From the NCBI RefSeq assembly GCF_009914755.1, contig NC_060927.1: a stretch of 64,000 bases of DNA; one strand, written 5' to 3'. Source of the stretch: the human T2T-CHM13v2.0 reference genome, Homo sapiens. Below, piece by piece: positions 42,508 through 56,423 of this stretch; the first letter of the stretch is position 1; each line of letters opens with the position of its first letter. Position numbers and translations under genes: made by a program. The notes under the pieces were generated by a model. The model did no database searches. It saw nothing but the letters and a program-made list of their open reading frames with translations, and had not been told where the DNA came from.

Positions 42508-42865
42508 TGCAATAGATTGAATATTTGTATCCCCAAAATTCACATGTTGAACTCCAACCCCCAAGGTCACGGTATTTGGAGGCGGGACCCTTGGGACAAA
42601 ATTAGATGCGGAGTGTGGAACTGTCATGAATGGGATTAGTGTGCCCTTCCTTAAAAGAAGAGGGTGGAGAGTTAGTTTGCTTTCTGCCATGAGAGGATAG
42701 AATGAGGAATAGGCAGTCTGCAACCTGGAAAAGAGTCCTAACCGAAACCTGACCATATTGGCTCCCCTGATCTTGGACTTCCAGCCACTAGAACTATAAG
42801 AAATCAATTTCTGTTGTGTGTTAGCTACCTGCCTATGGTACTTTGTTATAGCAGCCTGAACTAAG
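42508..42865 (+). mobile_element. MLT1A-type MaLR solo LTR
   Basis: tgcaatagattgaatatttgtatccccaaaattcacatgttgaa...gatcttggacttccagcc...ctatggtactttgttatagcagcctgaactaag. Confidence 0.85.
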
Positions 42866-43806
42866 TGTGCTTATTAAAGTACTGAACCATAAGGGTGATG
42901 GTATTTTGAATACATGTTTTAGCACCATTAGTGTATGATTAGGGCAGGGAATTCCCTAATGAGGGAAAGGTCATAGGCTGGAATCCTGTGCGTGTCTGTT
43001 TGCTCATTCCGTGGCCTAAGTCTGATCTTTTAACGTGGCTCCTCACCTGACAGTTGCAGGCCCTTGGGCATGAGGGGTGCCATATGAGAGAATACGGATG
43101 GATCACCATACCTCCATCACTAGGATCATGGCCACAAATCAGAGCTCTGTCACTGATAACCTCTTTGGAAACTAATAGTTTTGCATCTGTACATACTATA
43201 TGTATAGATTTATGTTTTTCAGAACACGAGCAGGAGATGGTTCTATTTTAGTATTATGAGACTAATTTTTTTTAAAACTGTATCTTCTAAGATTCATGCC
43301 TTATATATGTATGTACTTTTTTAAAGTCTCATATTTTTATACTCTCTTTCCTGCCTTGGGCCTCATTTTATTTCCTTCAGCTTAGTGTTTTTGCAATTCT
43401 TCCTTTAGGGATTTCTAAATATTCATATTTTAATTTGACTTTCCTTAATTTGGAATTCCATTTTATGCTCCAGAGCCTCAGACAGTGTCATAAATATGAT
43501 GATGGCTCAAATGGTTAAACTATGTGCCAAAAAAATCTGTGGTCAGCTCAGCCACGTGTAACATCCTTATATCCTGATGTATGCTGGCTTTCTTTATTCC
43601 TGACACATCTTTTTAGAAAGGTAGACAGATAAATAGATAGATGGATAAACAGCCATTTGCAATGGAGTAATTTCTATTTGTCTACATTTTGCAATTGAAA
43701 TTTGAGTATTTGGGATCCTAAAATAGAACCGTAAGGTGTCAAAAATCTGTCAATAACAATATTATTAATAATATTAACAAATTGATCATGATGATTGATA
43801 AAAATT

Positions 43807-43885
43807 TTAGATCAAACCATATGAAATTGCCAATATTAGACCATTTTGACCTAAAAAAGTGTCATTTTCTTATGGTCTCACTTAA
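43807..43885. mobile_element. MADE2 mariner MITE (about 80-bp palindrome)
   Basis: ttagatcaaaccatatgaaattgcc...gtcattttcttatggtctcacttaa matches the MADE2 inverted-repeat consensus. Confidence 0.8.
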
Positions 43886-43889
43886 AATA

Positions 43890-44065
43890 CTGTTAACAAT
43901 AGCAGCTCACTTGCATTGATTGCTTACTATATCTGAGGACAATGCCAAGTGCTCCCATGCATTGCTGCATCCTCTGATCTCATGAGACAAGCATTGTTAC
44001 CTCCCGCATGTTAAAGACAGTGGAACAGGTTACAGATGTTAAGTAACTTTTCCAAAGTCACTAAG
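43890..44065 (-). mobile_element. MIR SINE
   Basis: aacaatagcagctcacttgcattgattgcttactat...gttaagtaacttttccaaagtcac. Confidence 0.6.
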
Positions 44066-45908
44066 GGCAACACTATTAACTAATGTTTAACTTTGTTATT
44101 ATTTTGCCTGGCGGTGCTGATTAAATCAATAGAATATGACAAGATAAGAAGAAAGATAAGAATGACTTTACCGTTAAAACAGTGTCAGATTTGACAATTT
44201 TTTTGAGCCAGTGGTATTTGTAGTAATTTTAGCAACAAGAGATAAATGCACAAAGGCTCTTAGCTCCTTTTGGCTCTGGCTGATATTCGCGAACCCTCCA
44301 CACTCATATCTAGTAACTGATATAAAATAGGGCAGAATGCAGCCAGCTTCAATTATATGAACAGGGATCATTGTCCCTTCTCATTCTGGTTGCTTTTGCC
44401 AATCTTTGAATTTTCTAGCCGAGAGTTTGCCTTCCTGCTCAGACTTTTGAATCATGGATGCTCCTCATTGCCTAGCTGATCCACATGGATCTGATCACTT
44501 TCTGCCTTGACTTGTTCTGCCTGCCAGACCCTGTGCTGCAAGGGGATGCTAGTTTTGTATCTCTTGGTTGGCCTGACTACCCAGGCCTTGGCATCACAGT
44601 CAGGATTCCATTATTTTCAGACACGACTTCTCTGTAGGTAAAAGTAATAGTCTTACCTCTGAGATGAGTACCATGGGAAGGCTTTCATGATAGACATTGC
44701 ACTGATGTTTGGGTATTCAAACCTTAATTGTTAACAAAGAACATGATGAGTTGTAGTTTGGGCTCTAATATGGAATTTGGCCCATGGCTCAGAATGTGGT
44801 TTGGGGTCTTTGTTAGACCCTGGCTTAAAGATGCTATTTGTTTTAACTTTTTCTTTAATTATGCTTTCTAACATACTTAGAGGCCATTAGAGCAATTGAT
44901 AAATTGAGTGTAGTAAATGAAATAAGATGTTTAGTAAAATTAATGAATATGGAGATATATTAATAGCAACAAAAATGTCACTGTTAAGCAGATGAATTCC
45001 ATTCCTGATAGAATCTTTATTCAAAGTCCATTTAGATTTATTCTATTATTTTGTCTGTTAAAGTTCATTTTTTAAGGTAATGTGATTTTGGAGTAGGGAG
45101 TGAAACAAATTGTGGAAGTGTTATCTGCTGTTACCACTGTCTGGTTTTTCTTATTTAAAAGTACTATCTTTAAAAGAAAATGTACATTTACAACACTCAT
45201 TGAAACAAATTTATTGGATAGTGGCAGCAGTCCCTGGATGAAAAACAGCATTGCAAAATTTGACTTAGTTTTATCACTACTAAGAATTTTTATTAGAACT
45301 GTACAGAATTATCAGCTATAAATAGAGATCAGCTAATTTGATGAAGAGGCTGTAGGTCTGCAGGTAATTGAACAAATATATCATGGTTTAAAAAAACACA
45401 CATGAAATGACAGTAATAGTGAATAGGGCCAAGGAAAGAAAAGCAGGGGGAAAGAAAGGAGAAAATAAAATACAAAAGAACAATTATGGATTTGTGTGCG
45501 ACAAAATGTGGTTCCAATACTGGCCTACTTAACACACTTTCTCACTAGGACACTGTTGTTCTTTCTCAAACTCTTTGTGCTTGGCTGCTTTCCTTCCCCA
45601 TTTAGAAGCAGGATAGCCCACTCTCTCCCACTCTGGTCCTTTGACCAGAGACTAATGTTGCTGAGGTCGATAGGGAAGTAATGGAATTTTGCATCTGCAA
45701 ATGTGATCAGCCTCTGCAAGCCTGGCTTCCAGCAGAAATCCTCCTGTTGTCCTCTGAGATACTTTTTTACTGGCTGATTTTTTAAAAAAATTAAAGAGCC
45801 TTCTTTAAATTGACCAATAATATTTCTTGTTACCTTCTCTTTTCCCCCTCTTGTAGGGGTGGCATGCGTTGATTTACAAAATGAACATTGGGAAAGTGTT
45901 TTGATATA

Positions 45909-45912
<4 letters not shown>

Positions 45913-45959
<47 letters not shown>

Positions 45960-45964
45960 GTGTG
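45913..45964. repeat. (TG)n microsatellite with two TA interruptions
   Basis: Directly visible. Confidence 0.95.
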
Positions 45965-46218
45965 TTTTAAGCTCCAAGGGTAAGAGTTACAGAACTGGGG
46001 AAAACGTGTGCATACTCTAATATCCAGAAAGACTGCTACTTTTAAAGATGACACTTGGAGAGTTAAGATAGAAAGTATAAAAACATGTGGCCAAATCATA
46101 ATGCCTGACAAAGTGATAGCTATTAGACTGTGTTTTTATGCAGGCCTCTGCATACTCTATCTAATTGACTAATGACTGAAACAGATTCATGTGTGTAGAA
46201 ACCAGATGGGTCAGTGGG

Positions 46219-46634
46219 TATATTAGGCCATTCTTGCATTGTGATAAAGGAATACTGGAGGCTAGGTAATTTATAAAGAAAGAGGTTTAATTGGCTTACA
46301 GTTCTACAGGCTGTATAAGCATGGCACTGCATCTGCTTGGCTTCTAGGGAGGCCTCATGGAACTTTTACTCAAGGCAGAAGGTGAGGCGGGAGCAGGCAT
46401 GTCACAAAGTGAGAGAAAGAGCAAGAGAGGTAGGGGAGAGGCACCACACACTTTTAAACAACCAGATCTCACAAGAATTCACTTGCTATTTTGAGGAGAG
46501 TACCCAGCCTCCCTCATGAGGGATCCACCCTCATGACGCAAACACCTCCCACCAGGCCGCACCTCCAGCATTGGTGATTACATTTCAGCATGAGATTTGA
46601 GGGGTGGGGAGTGGGGAGTCATCCAAGCTCTCAG
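46219..46634 (-). mobile_element. MSTA/MSTB MaLR solo LTR
   Basis: tattaggccattcttgcattgtgataaaggaatac...ggtaatttataaagaaagaggtttaattggc...aaacacctcccaccaggcc...catgagatttg. Confidence 0.88.
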
Positions 46635-46874
46635 TAGGTTAATGCTTCTTGGTGCTATCTGTGTAAGGATAGTGCTTAAGCATCTTTACAAATAGCAGGT
46701 ATTAAGCTACTTTACCTGCCACTTTACCATGTATGTATTCCATGCCTTGCTTGACCATATTTACCAAACCTTAAAGTCATGACAGCTGATCTAAGAATAG
46801 GGCTATGGTGTTTATATGGACAGTGTGACAGTGTTTAGAATTGGTACTATCCTATGGAATTCATACACTGAGTA

Positions 46875-47110
46875 GGCATTCAACAAGTCCATATTGAATG
46901 CTTACAATATACCAGGCATTAGGTGGGTGCTAAGGATGCAGTGGTGACAAAATAGGAAAAATCCCTTATTCTGTAAAACAGAGAGATAGACAATAAGTAA
47001 GTAAAAAGCAGTGGAGGTTGATAATGTTAGGTACTAGGGAGTAAGGCATAAAAAGGGGCTAGCAAGTATTGCTGGGGGTGGGTAGAGACTGCAGGTTTTG
47101 GTAGGAAGTG
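46875..47110 (-). mobile_element. L2 3' end fragment
   Basis: cattcaacaagtccatattgaatgcttacaatataccaggcattag...gatgcagtggtgacaaaatagg. Confidence 0.6.
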
Positions 47111-49659
47111 AGCGTCATTCACACCTGGGACACATGGTCATGGTACCACCCATATGTTCTGCCCAGGCACAGCTCTTGCGTCTCCTGCATTATTTCCTTA
47201 GACTCCATAACCTGCTCAGACCTCAAGAAAAGAGAACCTTTCAGCATATAGACATAGGTAGAGCCACTAAAAGCTAAACCAGAGCAAAACACCCCAAACA
47301 CCCTTTATTTATAATAGGTTGCCAAAAATCAGCCAAAACTAAGTAGCAAATATCCAAATATTCTGAGAAAATGCATAATTTTTAAAATAAAAACTCCTAA
47401 TTCAAACATTTCCACCTGGATCTCTGTACCTCCAACAGGACAGCCATTCTTAGTTAAGGAGACCAATGATTACAAGTAAGCAATAATTTCAGGGCAAGGA
47501 AATCACACAGTGAGAACATGATACATGTCGTCATTGGCACAAGGAAGAACAAGCAGTGGAAGGCTTTGGTCTCGGTATTCCAGAACGTGCCCTGTACTTG
47601 CTGCTTGCCTCTGCCTGTTGTTTCCCCTACCCCCTCCTTGGGTTTCCTTTACCTGGAATGCCCTCCTCCTTGTTTTTGTTTAGCAAAACTCCACCCTTGA
47701 TAAAAAAAAAAAAAACCTAGCCTTTTATGTCTGTTTCTGTGGTATATGGCACCAATGAATACTCAATAAATGTGTAATATGTCAATGAGAGAATCGGATG
47801 AAACAAGGGAGCACAACTGGCATATACCTACTTCATTTCTCTGTCCACAAATAGCTGTCAGAAGTGACATTTCCAGGCTTTGTCCCATTTCTGACTTAAA
47901 CACTCCCTCTTTTCACACTCTTCTGATTAAAACAAAGCAAAACTGTGGTTAAGGAGGCTGCTAGACAACTCACTCAACTGCCAGAGAGGGAGGCTCTTTT
48001 GCGTTCATGTTTTTGAGTGGACATCAGATACAATTTACTCTTTTCTCATCCACCTTTGAAACGTGGCTGATTTTCCCTTATCAGGGCTTTCTGTTTCCTT
48101 CTTGCCTCACTAACTCCCTTCTCATCCTGCAGGTAGACAGGCTGGAACAGGATTTCATTTGTAGCCTGTCAGCTCTTCTTGTCAGCTGGCAGAGATATGG
48201 TTGAGCATTAAGAGGGGTTGGGAGGTAAAGTTATTAAGGGAGCAGCAGCTTTGGTTTATCAGGAGGTGGGAGGTGGGGGATGAATACACAGATATTTTCC
48301 AGGTCATTAAAGAGAGCAAAAATCCTGAGCTTTTGTCCCATTGGCATGCCTTTCCTGGCCTGTTCTCTAACACATTAGGGTGTCCTTCACACATGCTGCA
48401 CCTCAACTTGCAAAGGTACAGCCTGGCAGCTGCGTCTCAGCCATGGGAAACAAAGTGGATTGGTCTGTCACATAAACAGGGCTGAAATCTTTAGGGCAGT
48501 TGAGAAAACAAGAAGAAATCCCAAAGCCTTGGTATGATGAATCTTGGCCTTGTGAGCTGGCTTTGTTCTCTGCTTAGACATTTCTTTGGGTGTAGTGGTT
48601 GTAAAAACAAAACCTAAGGATTTTCTATTGTTACCATCCTTCTTATCATCCTTATAGTCATTGTTGTAGCTACTATTATGGAATGCCAACCCTGAACCAA
48701 CTGTGGACCCTGTGCTTTACATGGATTAGCTCATTTAATCCACTAATAATCTTACCAAGGAAGGGTTGACCCTGAGCTTTTAACCATAATCTAGTACTAC
48801 ATCAGAAAGAAAAAGCATGTATATAGTTCCATCATGGTGAAAATGTATTAGTAGCAGTGACAACTAGCATGCATCCTAGTGGAGTCATTTGTTTGAGGTA
48901 GGTTAAAGCCGTGAAGGGAAGCCATTTGTAAACCGGAGTATTTTACGTTATTCCCACCGTACCCTGAAAATTTAGGATTAATTTTTCTAAATGGATTATG
49001 GAAGTTTGGATTAATGGAAGAGAAACAAGTTAAATCATAGTTATGCTTTGTTGCTCTAAAATCTGAGGATTTTCAATTTTTTGGCAAATTTTATGGTTTC
49101 AAGATTCCTGTGAGATGATAGGTCAGAGTCTATCCTCAGTCTACCATTGCACGTGCTGCAGTGGAGAAAACTATGACCTAAAAATTGTACTCAAAGCTTT
49201 CATTTTTCTGTTGAATATTGGTGTTATGTTTTCTCATGCAATTTTAAGACTACTTTAAATAGTTTAAAAATAGTTTCATATGCTACTTATTCATACTTCG
49301 CATGAATAAGATTACAGCAGTAGTAGACTTAAGAGTATTTAAAAACTATTTAAAGCAGCTTTCTAATTGTCCACTTTAGCACAGATTGTAAATCAGCAAA
49401 AACATTTTCTGAATTCCATGCCAGGAACTCTGTTAGGTGTTGGGGATGGAATTCAGCTGAACAGTACCAACTGCAATCTGCCCATACCTTGGACAGCACC
49501 CAAGGGGGTTTAATATTGGATGCATTGGAATGCTCTTGTTTATACATGTTTCATAGTTGCTAGGGAGAACCCAGGTTTTTCACTGGTGGACACATATTTA
49601 AAAGTCAATTTATATATGGTCTGACTTAATTTTTTAACTAAAAATCAGTGATGAGTTGG

Positions 49660-49759
49660 ATGTTCCCAACATGAAGAAATGATAAATGTTTGAGATGATG
49701 GATATGCTAATTACCCTGATCTGATCATTATACATGATATGTATCAAAATATCAAAAAG
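49660..49759 (+). mobile_element. 100-bp L1MA 3' UTR micro-insertion with 18-bp TSD
   Basis: atgttcccaacatgaagaaatgataaatgtttgagatgatggatatgctaattaccctgatctgatcatt; TSD aaat(c/t)agtgatgagttgg (49642-49659 / 49760-49777). Confidence 0.85.
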
Positions 49760-50499
49760 AAATTAGTGATGAGTTGGGACAAGGGAATATGAAGTGTGAT
49801 TTGAATATGAGCTGATGGCAGTAGAGGCTTTGTTCATATATATTTTATTTTTGTCAGTAACCCTTTTTAATGCCCCAGTATCATGATCTAATTTGAGTGG
49901 AATTAAGCTTAAACAGTTCAAAATTATATAGTTAAGACATTCTGTTTCAAATATTATTCCAAGTTAATCTAAGTCAACTAGCATGACCTCTGCTACACAA
50001 AGGCTGGTACAAAAAAGATTTCGAGGAGCAGGTGGCCAGGGCCCTCATGGGAGCTAATTAGATGTCTCTTCCTGTTCAGCCCTGACTACTGGGTCCCCCT
50101 AAGCCTCCCCACCGAATAATCTGTTAGGCCGTCTTCTAGAGTCTGAAAGGCTGTTTGTGAGGAGCTCAGGATTTGTGTGAAACTGTGAGCAGAGTTGTAA
50201 GAAATTTAGATTTGAGTTTCAACCATGTCCTATTTAGCACCTGTGTTATCTTAAGGAATCTTCAGCTCTCTGAGATTTGGTTTTCTCATTAGTAAAATGT
50301 ATATGATATGCCTGACATGTTCCAGGCATTGCTGGCTATCTCTCTTCAGTCCCTAGTAATCCCCAGCTGAGGAATGGTGCTAGAGCAGGTACCCTGTATT
50401 GTTCTACAAGTAGTATTAATGAAGTTAATGATAGTCACTGGTTTTTGTATTGACTGCAGTTTGGAATATAGTATTTTCATTACAAGTCAGGTGTAAATT

Positions 50500-50970
50500 C
50501 AATCTACATTTACTTATTGAATACCATCTACGTGGTAGGCTTAGTAGAAGAGATTAGAGATGTAAAGATGAGTATGTGTTCATTTTATTCAGGGAGCTCA
50601 CAGTTTATTAAGGAAAGGGGATGTTGAGTTAACTAACTAGAGTATGGTGAAATGTTTTACTCCCTGAGTGGATACACTGCTATGTACAATGGCAGTGGAG
50701 GAGAAGAAACAGGACTCTGCTTGGTGGGATGGGGAACTCAGGCCAGGCAAGGCTTCTCAGAGATGTCATTTAGCTGGGCCTTGGGATATGATGGAGTTCA
50801 GAGAAAGAAGGTGGAATGGAAGGGGATTCTAGGTGGAGGTGATAGCCTGAGGACAGGCATGGAGCTGAGAGAGTGCTTGGTATACTCTTGGAGTTATGGG
50901 GAATCTACTGTGGCTGGATTTTAAGGTATTTGGGATTGTACAGGTGAGACTGGAAATGTAGTTTGAGACA
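50500..50970 (-). mobile_element. L2 3' region
   Basis: catttacttattgaataccatctacgtggtaggc...cagggagctcacagttt...ggcttctcagagatgtcatttagctgggccttg. Confidence 0.65.
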
Positions 50971-51220
50971 TACCTTGTTCTTGTTTTTAATTTTATGAGT
51001 CCCAAAAACAATGTTAGTGCATTTTTTTAATTTTGAAATGATTGTAAATTCACAGGAAGTTGCAGAAATGGCAGATAGAGTCTCTTGAACCCTTCACTAA
51101 GCTTCCCCCAGTGATAACGTTCTGAATAATTTCAATAAAAGATTAAAACTAGATATTAGCATTGGTGCAATAATGTTAACTACATTGCAGAATTTACATT
51201 TACTTTTTACCAGTATTTTA

Positions 51221-52903
<1,683 letters not shown>

Positions 52904-52933
52904 TTTTACCAGTTTTTACATGCATTTGTGTAT

Positions 52934-52969
<36 letters not shown>

Positions 52970-53462
52970 TTGTGTGTAGTTCCATCACCACAAAGGAACT
53001 TCCTTGTACTCTCCATTTGTATTCATATCCCCTATCTTCCTGGAATCCACTAATCTTTTCTCCATCTATATAGTTTTGTCATTTTGAGGGTGTTATTAAG
53101 TGCAATCATATAGTATGCACTTAATACTCAATATGTAACTTTTGAGATTGACTCTTTTGCCTCCACTAAACAGAATGTCCTTGAGATCCATGTAAGTTTT
53201 CTCATGTATCAATAGCTTGTTCCTTTTCATTTCCGTGTAGTATTCCATTGTATGAATGTGCCATAGTATGTTTAACCATTCACCTATTGAGTGACATTTG
53301 GGATATTTCTAGTGTTGGGTTATTATGAATAATGCTGTCATGAACATTGATGTGCAGGTTTAGTGTCGACATAGGTTTTTTTTCCTCTGGGATAAATGCA
53401 CAAAAGAACAATTGTCAGGTCATAAGGTAAGTAGCGTTTAGTCTTAGGAGAAACTGACAACC

Positions 53463-53495
53463 TATTACTACTACTACTACTATTACTACTACTAC

Positions 53496-53527
<32 letters not shown>

Positions 53528-53630
53528 CTTCTTCTTCTTCTTCTTCTTTCTTTTTTCTTTCTTCTTTCTTCCTTCTTCTTTCTTCTTTCTTCCTTCTTCC
53601 TTTTTCTTCCTTTTTTTTTTTTTTTTTTTT
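53463..53630. repeat. Compound (CTA)n-(CTT)17-pyrimidine-(T)n tract
   Basis: Directly visible; (CTT)17 at 53498-53548. Confidence 0.95.
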
Positions 53631-54629
53631 CAGAATGGGGTTTTGAGTGTTTGGGAGGAGTACCAAATCCATGATGTGAAGCTATTTGTAGTTTGTTTTA
53701 GACATGGATTTGCCTCCTGCTCTGAAAACACATTGTATAGTGGTCAGTTCCTTAGCTCTTAAGCAATGAGTATCCACATCTCATTGTGTTTTCAGTATTC
53801 TCTAAAGTGACTCTTGCTTCCTTACTGAGGCTGTGATCTGTAAGAGCCAGTCATAGGGTTAAGCTATAAAGTATTTTTAGAATAACTAAATTTTTTTACT
53901 TGTGTTTCTAAAATAACATACATAGCTCACCCCAATATTTCATGTAAATTCCCTTGTTTCCTCCCTATTCAGCTGCCCTCACATCTATAGCTTTTATTCC
54001 CCTTCTCTAAGATACTCCACCATCATCCGTGCATTTTTATTTCTCCTCATCTGCTGTACCTTCTTACCAACCGATCTCTTATCTTGTCCACTCCTCTCTA
54101 CCACAGACTTCTCCTAAGAATTTCCTCTTCTCATTTTTGCCTTTTTATTGTATTGACCATGTTGCCATCCCTAGCCCTACCACTTGGCCGATTCTGCATC
54201 ATAGAAACTAGCTTAGCAGCATATTATCATGGATGTGAATATATTTTTGAGTAGGGAATATGATCAAGAGTTCTATAGTATCTTTCCAAAAACATTTTTT
54301 AGAGACAAATCTTTTCTCCCAAATATTCATTTAGTTTGGAACATCTCTGCTCTTACTGTAAATCACAGTGACATTATCCAGGGGGTATCTAGGGATACCC
54401 CCTGGATAGTCTGCTTTTTGATCACATCCCATGACTTCTTATCCTTCTCTGTTCTGGCCAGAAATCAATGTGTCCATTTTTTTCTAGGCCAGCTAATATT
54501 TGAGGATTGAAATATCTTTTCAGGTATCTTATTATTTGGAAATACATGATAGGCTCTAACTATGACAGATAGGAATCTGTTGCTCTCAAGCAGTCATCCT
54601 AAGGAAACTAAGCTCTGAAGGCTTCTGGA

Positions 54630-54777
54630 AGTATTTTTAAGAAGTAGGAAGCTGCTCTTGAATTTATTGCTTTTCTTTGGAAGGAAAGGAAGAGAGAGTA
54701 TTTTTAAGAAGTAGGAAGTATTTTTAAGAAGTAGGAAGCTGCTCTTGAATTTATTACTTTTCTTTGGAAGGAAAGGA

Positions 54778-54818
<41 letters not shown>
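54630..54818. repeat. Complex tandem duplication (67 + 20 + 67 bp) running into (GA)n
   Basis: agtatttttaagaagtagga begins at 54630, 54697 and 54717; the two long units differ by one base. Confidence 0.92.
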
Positions 54819-56238
54819 CAGACAGGTTAGCAGTGTGAATAGTGGGCAGGGGACTTCAGAGCCTTCCGCTCTGTTACTGATCTTGTGGCTCTCTAGCAAG
54901 AAGGCTCTTGTGCTTTTGAGCAAGTCATTTTACCTGATTTCCATCATCTGTAAAATGTAGCAGCTCAATTGAATTTTTCAGTCTCTAAAATTTTGGTATC
55001 ACTGACTCACAGATACAGAGAAAGTAAATGAGTTGCCTAAAGTTACGTGATTTACTCATGGCGGAGCCAGCACTCATCCCCCTCCCCCATCTAGGTCCCT
55101 GTAGTTCCTGCCTTGTATATTGGTAGTAGATTATCTGAGTGTAGTTTGGACACTTTCTGTGTTTTCTGAGTGGACTCCTCATTAATCCATCTTTAGTCAA
55201 TCAAGCACTCTTGGTTATTACTTAAAGTGATAACATTAGGTTCTTTAGTTGGTTTCCTGTTTTTGACCTGTTGGTGAATTTTTACCAATCTCATGTGACA
55301 AAGATCGTGGAAGCTTTAAAAAATGTTCTCTAAAATCTTAATGCAAAGTGGCATTCTCCTTCCCTTCTTAGAGACATTAGCTCCACTGGAGGAAAAAGGC
55401 ACAAATGCCTATTTCATCTTAAAAATCAATTATCTTGCCTTACAACATAAAGCAGTATTTTACACATTGAATTATTTGAGTTCCACCTTGACATTTTTTC
55501 TTCTTTGATTGCCCCCCTGCTGTTATTTTCTTAACATTTTTTCTTTAAATGGACCTACTTTATTTTACTTAAGTGTATTTTCAAAATTTGATAACTGTGA
55601 ACTCACAGGTTGATTTATTATGTTGTTTCCAATTCACTTTAAAGTAATAAACTATATATAAAAAAAGCTTTCTTGTACCATCTGAAACCTTCTCATGTGT
55701 ATATACAGTACTTTGGGAAACTTTGCATAAGACCATCTGGGTCTACTGGTTGAATGGTAAGAGAAGGGAGTAATAAAAAAATAAGAAACAAAAATGATAC
55801 TGTTATAAGCTTATAAGCCATGTGGGTAATAAATTAGAATGGAAACATGAGTTTGTAAAGACAGATAAATGAATTTCCTTGACTTCAAGCCACTGTTATT
55901 GTCAAGATAAAGTTGTGCATGTAGAGAAGGAAGTCTAACAAAATGACATTCCATTCTGGGGCTTAAATGCTTGCCCTTCCTTCTTTTTTATGACTCTTGC
56001 TTTATTGAATAGCACTGGGGTCATAAGGCCCCAGTAGATGTAAATGCTATGCTGTACATCTTGTCAGGAAGGCCAGCCTTTGTGTCTGCGGGAGGAATGC
56101 TTGTCCTTGTTGCAAGAAGGTAAAACAGTCAGAAGCAAATGAGATCAGATTTAGATTGCCAAGCCTCGGGTGGGACCCTTGGAGGTCAGAACACAGACAA
56201 AAGGAAACAGGAAAGCATGTTTAAGAGTAAGAGAAGGG

Positions 56239-56423
56239 TAGGGCTAGCTTCGTGGTCATGTAACCATGTGAACTTGTGGTTGCACAAGTTCCCATGCCTA
56301 GAAGGGCCCTGAACTTGGTTTAATGCTCTGCTGTCACTGTCTTGAAATTCTTATTAATTTTTAAATGAGGAAGCTTGTATTTTTATTTTGTACTGGGCCC
56401 TGCAAATTATGTAGCCAGCCCTT
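56239..56423 (+). mobile_element. MER53 hAT MITE
   Basis: agaagggccctgaacttggtttaatgctctgctgtcactgtcttgaaattctt...tactgggccctgcaaattatgtagccagccct. Confidence 0.8.
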
